Below are positions 8,187 through 17,062 of a stretch of DNA of 56,329 nucleotides, one piece after another. Origin of the DNA: a virus (taxonomy: Duplodnaviria; Caudoviricetes); the IMG/VR virus record IMGVR_UViG_3300031718_000014, positions 1-56,329 of that record; one strand, 5' to 3'. A program made the translations under genes and the position numbers. The first letter of the stretch is position 1; each line of letters starts with the position of its first letter. The notes below the pieces were generated by a model that saw only the letters and a program-made list of their open reading frames with translations, did not search any database and was not told the DNA's origin.

Positions 8187-8187
8187 A

Positions 8188-8703
8188 TCAACATGCCGGT
8201 TCGATTCCATATTCGGGTTCTTTGTTGTGGGGACAATAACCAAAAAACCCCAGCGAACAGTTGCAGTTGTAACAGAGAACCCGAAAGTCGTCAGGGAAAC
8301 CGTGACGGATTATCCAGAGATAAAGGTCCGTCGAATTTGTCAATTTCGCATCTCTTCGATGCTTGTTCCCACCGCCTTTTACGTGGTCGATTGACAAGAA
8401 CTCGATGCGGGTCTCTCCACAACACGCGCACAGTCTGCCGTAGTGATCGAAAATCAGTTCGCGCTGTTTTATTTTATAATTCAAAATCCTCGCACGGTTT
8501 TCTTCCGGATGCTTTGCTCGCCACTTGGCGCTGTATTCGTTCGTCTTTCCAGGATGAGCGTCTAGCCATTTGCGAGTGTTTGCTTTCTGTTGTTCCTTAT
8601 GTGTCGCATAGTATTTTTTGCAATTTGCGAGGATTTGTTCGCGCTTTGCGAGATACCTCTCTCTGGCTTTCTGTCGAGCGACTTCTGGATCTTTGTAAGG
8701 CAT
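8188..8703 (-). CDS. HNH endonuclease
   Basis: CACCGE...LSIDHV...VLCYNCN...CPH; GGAGG SD; antisense insertion. Confidence 0.88.
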   Translation of the reverse strand: MPYKDPEVARQKARERYLAKREQILANCKKYYATHKEQQKANTRKWLDAHPGKTNEYSAKWRAKHPEENRARILNYKIKQRELIFDHYGRLCACCGETRIEFLSIDHVKGGGNKHRRDAKLTNSTDLYLWIIRHGFPDDFRVLCYNCNCSLGFFGYCPHNKEPEYGIEPAC

Positions 8704-8752
8704 TTGTCCTCCCAACCGGCTTTGTAGAGTTTACCACAAAAGGAGAACTAAC

Positions 8753-9736
8753 GTGGCCTCAGTAACAGGTACCGGTATAAGTACGCCACCTGCACAGTTA
8801 GTTAATACCGTGCAAGCTATTGTGCAAAAGTTTATTGCCCCCGTTCTCGGTGATCAAATTCTGTTACCAAGTCCGACCATGTGGGCTCTTGTCCGTCGTG
8901 GCAAGAAGATGGCTGGCGGCGCTCTGGTCTACCCGGAGTTCTTCTCTGAGGAAACCACCGGTGGCGCTTACTACGGCGCTCAATTGCTCAACACTGCCCT
9001 ACAAGATGTCGTCACCCCGGCTGAGCAGCAGTGGCGGTTCTATTACGAAGCCGTGGTCATTCCGTACACCGACATCATCCTAGGCCGTGGCGGTTACGCC
9101 GGTGTCGATATCGTGCGCCAGAAGTTCCAGACGGCAGCCGGGTCCTTCATGCAGAAGCTGGCCCGCGCTCTGTGGCACACTTCCCCGCAAAACACTTCCC
9201 TGGACATCGACGACATCAACTCATGGCTGGGTCTAACCACCAACAACATCGCCGGGATCGACCGCTCACAAGCAGTCAACGCTTACTGGAAACCTCAAGC
9301 GAACGTCTCCGCTGGCAATGCCAACCTGACCATAGCCAACGCGGACGCGGCCTATTGGTCCACTGTCTTCGGTTACGACGAGCCCGACTTGATGGTCGGG
9401 GATAACACTCGTTTCGCCAACTTCAAGCAAGCCTTCGTCGGCAACATCCGTTATGAGGGTAACATCCAGGACAAGGAAGCGTTGCAAGGCGGCTTCCGTT
9501 ACCACTTCCTGTTCAACAACTGCATCGTGCTCGCAGACCGCAACGCTCCGGCGAACGCGTTCTATATTATGAACACCAAGTACATGTTCCCGGTGTTCCA
9601 CGAAGCCGATTACTTCACTATCGATCCTTGGGTCAAACCAAGTAATCAACGTGTGCTGGTGTCAAATATCTACCTCACGTGGCAATTGGCCGATATGTCG
9701 CCGCGCATGGGAGTAGAAATCACGAACGCTTCCTAA
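8753..9736 (+). CDS. Major capsid protein
   Basis: 327 aa after the scaffold, AAGGAG SD, capsid-like segments (NIAGIDRS, EPDLMV, FYIMNTKY). Confidence 0.82.
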   Translation: MASVTGTGISTPPAQLVNTVQAIVQKFIAPVLGDQILLPSPTMWALVRRGKKMAGGALVYPEFFSEETTGGAYYGAQLLNTALQDVVTPAEQQWRFYYEAVVIPYTDIILGRGGYAGVDIVRQKFQTAAGSFMQKLARALWHTSPQNTSLDIDDINSWLGLTTNNIAGIDRSQAVNAYWKPQANVSAGNANLTIANADAAYWSTVFGYDEPDLMVGDNTRFANFKQAFVGNIRYEGNIQDKEALQGGFRYHFLFNNCIVLADRNAPANAFYIMNTKYMFPVFHEADYFTIDPWVKPSNQRVLVSNIYLTWQLADMSPRMGVEITNAS

Positions 9737-9750
9737 AGGAGACGACCGCA

Positions 9751-10356
9751 ATGTACGCAACGATCATCACTTTGTTCTCTCTGTTTCTGTTTTACCCAGT
9801 CGCCTCCTTGCTAGCTGCTCTGGGCGTTCTGGGATTGTGGGGTCTGTTCAAAGGCTTCGGTCTGGCCAAGGTCCTTTTCTTGGTGGGCATGGCGATCAAC
9901 AATTCCGTGGCCAACAACTCTCCGGGCTTCGGTGCTCCCCAGTTGGTTCAGCGTCTAGGTGTTGCTCTGTCGGGTTCCTCCCAGCAGACCACTTCCATTC
10001 CGTCCAGCGGTTCCATCTCTCCTGGTGTCTATCAAGGCAAGATCCGCATTAAGGTCTACAACGGCACCGGGACCGGCGTGACTCTGACCGACATGTTGAT
10101 CCAGATCACGGACGGGACCAACACAGCGGTCTTAGCCGAGTTCCATCCCAACAGCGCAACCGCTTTGACTTCTACTCAGTGGGTGGACTACCTGAACGAC
10201 TTTACAGTGGACTTCGGTACTACCACTGGCGGTGCCACCGGCCAACTGATCGCTCCCGGTGCCGCTACCGCAGCTGCTATCGTGGTCCAAGTGCTAACCA
10301 CCTTGGGTGTCCCTGGCGGTGCAAGTATGGATGTTGAAGTCATCGGGAATCCCTGA
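9751..10356 (+). CDS. Putative capsid decoration/minor head protein with hydrophobic N-terminal extension
   Basis: AAAGGAG SD; follows the capsid gene; Thr/Gly-rich beta-type body. Confidence 0.6.
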   Translation: MYATIITLFSLFLFYPVASLLAALGVLGLWGLFKGFGLAKVLFLVGMAINNSVANNSPGFGAPQLVQRLGVALSGSSQQTTSIPSSGSISPGVYQGKIRIKVYNGTGTGVTLTDMLIQITDGTNTAVLAEFHPNSATALTSTQWVDYLNDFTVDFGTTTGGATGQLIAPGAATAAAIVVQVLTTLGVPGGASMDVEVIGNP

Positions 10357-10388
10357 GTTCCTTACGAAGAGGGTGAGGGTGGCTCCTT

Positions 10389-10438
10389 CCGGGGGTCTAG
10401 AGTTAAAGGTCGCAAGACTCAGACTCTACGACCCCCGG
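10389..10438 (+). terminator. Long hairpin after the head genes, possible terminator or processing site
   Basis: CCGGGGGTC/GACCCCCGG and TAGAGT/ACTCTA stems, GTC-GCAA-GAC tetraloop, followed by CTCCTTTT. Confidence 0.55.
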
Positions 10439-10455
10439 CTCCTTTTAGGTGAGCA

Positions 10456-11688
10456 ATGTTAGTTGGCGACATCATCTTCGGTATCCGTTCGGCAATTACC
10501 GACTTGCCGGGTACTCTTCCCGCTCCGGCCAATCCCACCGTCGCCAATAATGCCGCTGCTTCTACTCTCCCCAACGGAGTCTATTTCGGTTTCATCACTT
10601 TCCGTACTCCGTGGGGTGAGACTCTTCCTAACGCAACCGAGTTCACCGTTACGACTACAGGCGGCAGTCCGTCCATCCAGATCACCGCTCCCGCACTTCC
10701 TCCGGGCGCATCCGTCATGCGAGTGTACTTGACTCTGGCTGGCGGATTGGCTGGCACTGAGCAACAGATGCTGGAATCGGCCACTTTGCCGTTCACCATC
10801 TCTACCCCCGGCACTGCTGCCTTGGTTCCTACTCGCAACACCGCTTACATTCCAGATGCGGACGGGGACTCTTTCTCTGCTGGTCTGATCTACCAGTGGT
10901 TCAATGATGCACTGAAAATATGCTCCCAGATCTGCGGCGGTCTGCCTGATTGGGGCGGTGTGAGCACCGTCAGTGGCCAAGGTTCTTACGTCGTCCCCGG
11001 CATGTGGCGTACTATCTCTGATGTGTGGTACGACGGTTACCCTCTGGCCATGGATAAGCGCGGCAATATATTCCGGCGCAACCCGGTCACTTCCAGCGTT
11101 CTCTCTCAAGTCGTTACGTCCTTGTTCACCGAACGCATGATGATAGAAGTCTGGCCACAGGCAGCACGCACTGCCGCCAGTTCCACATTAGCAAGCGGCA
11201 TGGCTTCGACTGACACCAGCGCCACTCTTGTTTCCACTGCTGGGTTCCTCTTAACTAACGGCTTCGCTCAGATTGGTTCCGAGATCGTCCAATACGCGGG
11301 CACTGCGTCCAACATTCTGGCCGGTCTGATTCGCGGTCTGGCCGGTGGTGCTCCCTCCGCTTATGCGATTGGAACTACGGTCAGTGAGATCAACTTATTC
11401 TTCGGCGGTTGGCGCATGTATGCTCCCGCCTTCACTCCTGGCCAAGCATTGCTCACCATCCCCGTCCCGGTGGGCTGGGAAACCATGCTGCCGATCTACG
11501 GGTTAGCCAGAGTCAAACTGGCCGAACAGAACGCACAGGAATACAGTGCATTGAAGAAGGATTTTGAAGAGACTATGAAAGCGTGGTGGAAGACTAATAA
11601 GGTCACAACTGGTCCGAGGCAAGTGGGAGAAGAGTCCACGGCACTTGAGGTCGTTCCGAATTTGGGCGGCGGATGGGTAATTCCTTGA
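10456..11688 (+). CDS. Head-tail adaptor/tail tubular A-like protein with inserted beta domains
   Basis: Position; helical N- and C-terminal adaptor-like segments. Confidence 0.6.
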   Translation: MLVGDIIFGIRSAITDLPGTLPAPANPTVANNAAASTLPNGVYFGFITFRTPWGETLPNATEFTVTTTGGSPSIQITAPALPPGASVMRVYLTLAGGLAGTEQQMLESATLPFTISTPGTAALVPTRNTAYIPDADGDSFSAGLIYQWFNDALKICSQICGGLPDWGGVSTVSGQGSYVVPGMWRTISDVWYDGYPLAMDKRGNIFRRNPVTSSVLSQVVTSLFTERMMIEVWPQAARTAASSTLASGMASTDTSATLVSTAGFLLTNGFAQIGSEIVQYAGTASNILAGLIRGLAGGAPSAYAIGTTVSEINLFFGGWRMYAPAFTPGQALLTIPVPVGWETMLPIYGLARVKLAEQNAQEYSALKKDFEETMKAWWKTNKVTTGPRQVGEESTALEVVPNLGGGWVIP

Positions 11689-11705
11689 AAACAAAGGACT
11701 TATAA

Positions 11706-14700
11706 GTGGTTAGACCTTCTACAATCGGGCCATTCCTTAAGGGTACTGTCGCCAGTACAGATTCATATACGGTGCCTCGTGGCTCCGTTCCTCGTTCATC
11801 CAACTTGCTCTTGACCACTCGCGGCAGTTTGACTGAGTGTGACGGTACTCAAGTCATTAACGCCTTCAACGGCACTGTTCAATCCGGTCGCGGGCGCTTC
11901 CTGGAAGTTTTCATGTTCGCTCCCACTGGAGTCCAGCCTTACTACCTAGTCTTGTCTCAGGGTTTGGATCAACCTCTGGGCTTCCCTCGCAATCTAGCCG
12001 CTTCCGATGGCGGTGCTATCTCTTCCGGTCTAGCTGCGGGAACTTACTTCTACGTAGTGACAGCGGCAGACATATTCGGCAACGAGACCGTAATCTCGAA
12101 TGAAGTCAGTCAGACTGTCCTCGTCAATCACAAGATCAATCTGACTTGGAATGTAGTCCCCAACACTTACGGTTACAACATCTATCGAAGCACCACCACA
12201 GGCACGGAGACCTTTCTCGTCCAGGTCCAGCAACCGTCCCCTATTACAGCCAGCGTGAGTTACAGCGACACCGGCCAAATTACTCCCGGAGTCAAAGTCC
12301 CTCCTCTAGTGGACACGACCAGCCAGACCGTTCTGTTCAAGATGCCTCCTGGTTCTGTCCTCCCCATCACTTACACGAATAACAATATCGTGGCTCTCTT
12401 CCCCAACACCGTAGTCGGGTTCGGTTCCCCTCCTGCCGGTGTGGTGGGAGCGGGCAGTCCTGCCATTTGCACTCGTTGCACTCCCTCCGGTGGCATTGCT
12501 GGGATGTGTTCTCTCCTCCCCCAGATGGTCCAGTTCACCAACCGGGTCGCTATCGCTCTGGGAAACGGATTCTCTCCTCAAATTTACTTCGACGCCACAG
12601 GCACGCCGACAAATCCAGCAACCGTCTTATCCATAACCGGAGTCAGTACGGATGCCAACGGAGTGGTTACTGTAACCACTTCTATAGCAAGCGGATTCAT
12701 AGTGGGAACCAACGTAATTCTGTCCGGCATGACGGACTCTATCTACAATGGCGTGTTCGTGGTCATCACCTCTTCCGGGACCACGTTCACTCTGCAAAAC
12801 ACTTTGGCTACCGGTCACGGTTCGGCCACAGGAACAGTCACTTCCACCACCGTTCCCCTCTTCAACAATTTTATTCCCGCTTACCCTAAGTGGGTTGCCA
12901 GTTCCCAGTACTCCATCAACTCGATAGTGGAGCCCACTTCCGGCACCGGCAATTTCTTCAAAGCAGTCCAAGCCGGTGTCACCGCTGGCTCCGAACCTGT
13001 TTGGGCTAACGCTCCTGCTCTGGGCAACGAGATTGGCGACGGCACGGTGATCTGGCAGAACCAAGGTCCCATTCTGGGATCCGTTCCCGCTCCTATTGGT
13101 GCCGGTCACGTCTGGGTCTACGCTGGATCTCTGTGGTTCCTGAACACAGCTACTATTAACACTGCTTCTGGTTTGGACGGTCCAACTTCACTCCGAATGT
13201 CCGACGCTAATAATCCATTCTCTTACAACCCCGTGAACCAAGCCTTCTTGGACAAGGACGACGGGACCGAAGGCATGGGACTGGCTACGTTCACCATCAG
13301 CGCCGAAGGCATCCCTCCCGAAGGGTCTCTGATCGCCTTCAAAAACTACGCCGGTTACCAGATCGTCGGTGTTTTCGGTGCCAGTTTCTTCTCTATCCAA
13401 CGTACCCGTTCGGACATGGGCTGCATGGCCCCTCGTTCCATTCGCTTTGTCCCCGGCTTTGGCATTAGTCGCATCGCTCACTTGGGTATCGCCAACTTCG
13501 ACGGGGTCCGCGACACCGTTGCAAGTGAAGAAGTTCGCCCTTACCTCTTCCCTTTGAACGACCCCTTGGTATCCGACATCACAGTAGCGGACGCCACTTG
13601 GATCGCTGGAGCACAAGCCGATCTCACAGCGAACCCTCCTCTCTACTCCACTTTCATTCCCATCGGAAATTCTAACGGTGCTTTAACTCGCGGTTTGGTC
13701 TACGACATGGTGATGAGAACTTGGAGCGTGGTAGACCTTCCTTTCTCCATTAGTTGCATCTACCAAGCGCGTCCTGTGGCCAGCAACCCGATCACTCTGT
13801 TCGGTGGATTCCAAGACGGCTTGCTTCACCGCTGGCAAGGCGGCGACGTGCAGTGGCTACAAGGGGCTTCCCCTACTTATATCGTCGGGTCTGCTTCCGC
13901 TACAGGTACTGGTCCCGTTGTATTTAATTTGGGTTTCCCCGTAGAAGTAGGCGACTATATTACCTTTTTTTGGATAAAGAACGATTCTGCTGTTGGAACC
14001 ACATTTATCTCTGATAACTTAGGAATCTCTTATTCCAGCGGCACTATTCTGTCTGATTTCTCGACCTTTTTTGGGATTGCTGGTTTTGGCATAGCGGGTT
14101 CTTTGGGACAGACAGTCGGTACTGTCTTAGGCACCCCGACCATCACGGTTAATTTCCCTGCTGGTAAGGTGGGAGCTGTCATAGTGTTTGTAGTGCGCGG
14201 CATTACAGCAGGGCCTCCACTTGGTCCTTTCGGAGTAACTTTCGACCGGAATGTTATAGGTGGGCCATCTAGCACAACATCTCTCACGGCCACCATGTCC
14301 GGTTCCACCACCAATCCCAGCGATATACTGCTTAGTTTTGGTTTCTCCAAAGGTCTGGGTCTTGCTAATGGAGATGGGATTCTTATTGGAACAGTTACCT
14401 CCAGCTTGAATTGGATGATAGGGGCTTCTTACCGTAAAGTAGAAGCCACTGGGACTTATTCCACCACTTGGAACCAGACTGGAAGTGCTACCATGATGAC
14501 TTATCTGATAGCACAGAAACTTCCGTTCCAAGCCAACAGCGTGGGCACCGATGTGATATGGAGCGTTAATCTGCCGGATGAATACAATCGTCAGGACCCC
14601 GGTAACAAATTGTTCTGCCGACGCTTGGTTGTTCGCGGTGTCGGTGCGGGTGCCAAAACTCTGACTGTCACACCGATTGTCAACGGAGTGTCTAAACCCG

Positions 14701-14870
14701 CTCAGAGCTATCCCCTTCCCGCGTCGGGGGATTTCGAGGTGTTTGCCGGAATACAACGTGACGGGTTGCGGTTCGCGGCTAAACTCTCTGGCAGCGGTCA
14801 CATAGAGATCGACAGGGCTGTCTGGCACATCCAGCCCAAGCAGATCGGGGCTAAGAGCGTGGTGGCTTAG
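11706..14870 (+). CDS. Tail nozzle/stabilisation protein (tail tubular B-like)
   Basis: 1054 aa, beta-rich; LIAFK...MGCMAPRSI and LVYDMVMRTWS propeller-like motifs. Confidence 0.7.
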   Translation: MVRPSTIGPFLKGTVASTDSYTVPRGSVPRSSNLLLTTRGSLTECDGTQVINAFNGTVQSGRGRFLEVFMFAPTGVQPYYLVLSQGLDQPLGFPRNLAASDGGAISSGLAAGTYFYVVTAADIFGNETVISNEVSQTVLVNHKINLTWNVVPNTYGYNIYRSTTTGTETFLVQVQQPSPITASVSYSDTGQITPGVKVPPLVDTTSQTVLFKMPPGSVLPITYTNNNIVALFPNTVVGFGSPPAGVVGAGSPAICTRCTPSGGIAGMCSLLPQMVQFTNRVAIALGNGFSPQIYFDATGTPTNPATVLSITGVSTDANGVVTVTTSIASGFIVGTNVILSGMTDSIYNGVFVVITSSGTTFTLQNTLATGHGSATGTVTSTTVPLFNNFIPAYPKWVASSQYSINSIVEPTSGTGNFFKAVQAGVTAGSEPVWANAPALGNEIGDGTVIWQNQGPILGSVPAPIGAGHVWVYAGSLWFLNTATINTASGLDGPTSLRMSDANNPFSYNPVNQAFLDKDDGTEGMGLATFTISAEGIPPEGSLIAFKNYAGYQIVGVFGASFFSIQRTRSDMGCMAPRSIRFVPGFGISRIAHLGIANFDGVRDTVASEEVRPYLFPLNDPLVSDITVADATWIAGAQADLTANPPLYSTFIPIGNSNGALTRGLVYDMVMRTWSVVDLPFSISCIYQARPVASNPITLFGGFQDGLLHRWQGGDVQWLQGASPTYIVGSASATGTGPVVFNLGFPVEVGDYITFFWIKNDSAVGTTFISDNLGISYSSGTILSDFSTFFGIAGFGIAGSLGQTVGTVLGTPTITVNFPAGKVGAVIVFVVRGITAGPPLGPFGVTFDRNVIGGPSSTTSLTATMSGSTTNPSDILLSFGFSKGLGLANGDGILIGTVTSSLNWMIGASYRKVEATGTYSTTWNQTGSATMMTYLIAQKLPFQANSVGTDVIWSVNLPDEYNRQDPGNKLFCRRLVVRGVGAGAKTLTVTPIVNGVSKPAQSYPLPASGDFEVFAGIQRDGLRFAAKLSGSGHIEIDRAVWHIQPKQIGAKSVVA

Positions 14871-15272
14871 ATGCAGACCGCTACCCAAGCCCGTGTAATG
14901 CGTCGTGGCGATCTGATCCCCGATGGTCTGTACGATCTCGGTTTGGGCAAGTTGGACCCGGATTGGGTGTGGCTGTCACTGGAAAACGAGCGCGTGGTGG
15001 GATGTCTGACAGCCACCCCGTGTCACGGCATCATCATCATTCTGCGAGTAAAAATGGACAAGAACGCCCCTCGTACCGCTCTGCGTCGCTTACTGCGAAC
15101 TTGTTTCCACGACGCTAAACAAAGGGGCTTCGATGGCTATATGACTTGGTTCGCGGAGGACTCCGAGGACGAACGCATTCTGATGACCATTGCACGCAAC
15201 AGCGGCGGTCTGGTGATTCACAAGGTAGGGACTGCGGTAGCGAGTTGGTTCCCACCGGAAGGTACGGTCTGA
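14871..15272 (+). CDS. GNAT-like fold virion assembly protein (putative)
   Basis: Size and position between nozzle and ejection genes, as in podoviruses. Confidence 0.5.
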   Translation: MQTATQARVMRRGDLIPDGLYDLGLGKLDPDWVWLSLENERVVGCLTATPCHGIIIILRVKMDKNAPRTALRRLLRTCFHDAKQRGFDGYMTWFAEDSEDERILMTIARNSGGLVIHKVGTAVASWFPPEGTV

Positions 15273-15277
15273 TTCCG

Positions 15278-15577
15278 ATGCCTGCCGTCATTCCATTGCT
15301 AGGAACTATCTTCTCTATCGTGGGGGGCGGCGTGGGAGCCGGTGAAGCTATTGCCAGTGCGGTGTCCGGTCCACCGTCTGTGTCACAGCCTCCCAACGTT
15401 CCTACGAACGCTCCACCTAAAGTCGCTCCGTCCACTGTGGCGGCAGCCAATTCGTCTACGGCAGCAGACATTCAGGCTCGCGGTGGTGGCGGGCTTTCTC
15501 CTCTGTTCACTCAGTTGATAGAAGGCACACCCTCTCCAGATGGCAGCGGTGGAGGAGTCCCGTACACAGGGGCGTAA
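15278..15577 (+). CDS. Putative internal virion/ejection protein
   Basis: Gly/Ala-rich hydrophobic N-terminus; position. Confidence 0.55.
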   Translation: MPAVIPLLGTIFSIVGGGVGAGEAIASAVSGPPSVSQPPNVPTNAPPKVAPSTVAAANSSTAADIQARGGGGLSPLFTQLIEGTPSPDGSGGGVPYTGA

Positions 15578-15581
15578 ATCT

Positions 15582-16199
15582 ATGCCTGAAGTCGTGCAAG
15601 GTCTAAGCAGCATATTCAAATCTCCTGCGTTCGGTCCCGCAGTATCCGGTGGGACTCTGGCTCTGGGAGAAGTGGGCAATCTGCTCGCTGGCCGACAGCA
15701 ACAGAACGCTTACAACGCCGTCACCAAGATGACTCCCGATCAGATTGCTCGGGACGCTGCTCGCACCGCAGCGCCGCTGGACCGGGCTCTGACTCAGAGC
15801 GTGACCAACCAAGTGAGTGGCGACTTGGCTTCCCGTGGTCTATCACAAGCCCCTGGCATTCTAGCCTCCACTGAATCTCAAGCGCTGGCTCCTTACGCTT
15901 ATCAGAATTACCAAGCGGCTTTGCAGGCTGTCCTACAGAAGCTGGGGCTGAACCTGAACGCTGCCGAACTGTTGCCCAAAGGACAGAACCTCACTCCTGC
16001 AATGATGCTGTTCCTACAACAAATGGCCAAGCTCAAGCAGACCAATGCGAACGCGGGCGCGACTCCACCCACGTTCCCCAATACCAACCTACCACAAGGA
16101 CCGTCGCAATTCCCTGCTGTCCCTGAAGGGACTACGTTCGGCCCACCAGCAGTAGCACCGGAAGCCGATCTCGCCGGTCTCGGGGTGAATCCAGGATAA
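15582..16199 (+). CDS. Putative DNA ejection protein
   Basis: Ala/Gln-rich, LASRGL motif; position. Confidence 0.6.
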   Translation: MPEVVQGLSSIFKSPAFGPAVSGGTLALGEVGNLLAGRQQQNAYNAVTKMTPDQIARDAARTAAPLDRALTQSVTNQVSGDLASRGLSQAPGILASTESQALAPYAYQNYQAALQAVLQKLGLNLNAAELLPKGQNLTPAMMLFLQQMAKLKQTNANAGATPPTFPNTNLPQGPSQFPAVPEGTTFGPPAVAPEADLAGLGVNPG

Positions 16200-16201
16200 C
16201 C

Positions 16202-17062
16202 ATGGGTGGCTTCGGCAATATCGCTCGGACTATCGGTGGTGTGGGCAACGAAGTCATGGCTGCCCAGACTGGTTTGCAGGACCTTAACCAGAAGCTAGTC
16301 GAAACCAAAGTCAAGAACCTGATGGATCAGTTGAAGATCCAGCAGACTCAGCAGCAGATTAAGAAGGGTGAGACCGATCCCCTACAGCAACAACTCGCAG
16401 CTATGGAACAGATTCTCGGTCGCAAGTTAACCGACCAGGAGAAGATCACTTTTCTAAATCTGCTGCCACCACAAGCGAAGGCGCTTCCTGATACTCCATT
16501 TGCAGCATGGCGTGAGCAGAATCCCACTGCTCCTATATCTGAATGGCTGAAACTGGAGAGTAAGCCAGCAGCACAGTCCACTCCATTTGAAGTGTGGCAC
16601 GCTGCAAATCCCAACGCTTCGGTAGCGGACTGGCTGAAACTGGAACAGAGTGTTAAGCCTAAGAGGGCCGCGACTCCCTCTCCCGCCCTCGACCAGTTAG
16701 TAATCGGTCTGTCTACAGGCCAGATCAACAAATGGCCTACCGGGAAGTTGCTCGCACAGGTACTGACTAGGGCCAAAGAAATGGATATTAAGTTACCCAA
16801 GCAGCCCGGTCTGCCTGACAATTCAGCTAAAGCTATTGCTGCCGCTCAAAAGGAGTACCAGTCCGAACTGGACAAGTACAACAGGTGGAACACCGATCAC
16901 TACATGATGCGGCACTTTGAGGACAACCCTTATAAGCAATCTCTATCTGAGAAGATGGATAAGTTGAAAGCACTTAAGACCGGAGCAGTCACTACTCCCG
17001 GTGCTCTTGGTCCCGCTGGAACCGATCTTTCCGATCTAGGTGCAAAGCCGGTGTCGCCGTAA
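16202..17062 (+). CDS. Putative DNA ejection protein
   Basis: Gln-rich helical protein; position. Confidence 0.6.
   Translation: MGGFGNIARTIGGVGNEVMAAQTGLQDLNQKLVETKVKNLMDQLKIQQTQQQIKKGETDPLQQQLAAMEQILGRKLTDQEKITFLNLLPPQAKALPDTPFAAWREQNPTAPISEWLKLESKPAAQSTPFEVWHAANPNASVADWLKLEQSVKPKRAATPSPALDQLVIGLSTGQINKWPTGKLLAQVLTRAKEMDIKLPKQPGLPDNSAKAIAAAQKEYQSELDKYNRWNTDHYMMRHFEDNPYKQSLSEKMDKLKALKTGAVTTPGALGPAGTDLSDLGAKPVSP
16493..16645 (+). repeat. Internal 29-aa-period repeat (TPFxxWxxxNPxAxxxxWLKLE x2)
   Basis: Seen in translation and in DNA (ACTCCATTTG, TGGCTGAAACTGGA). Confidence 0.8.
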
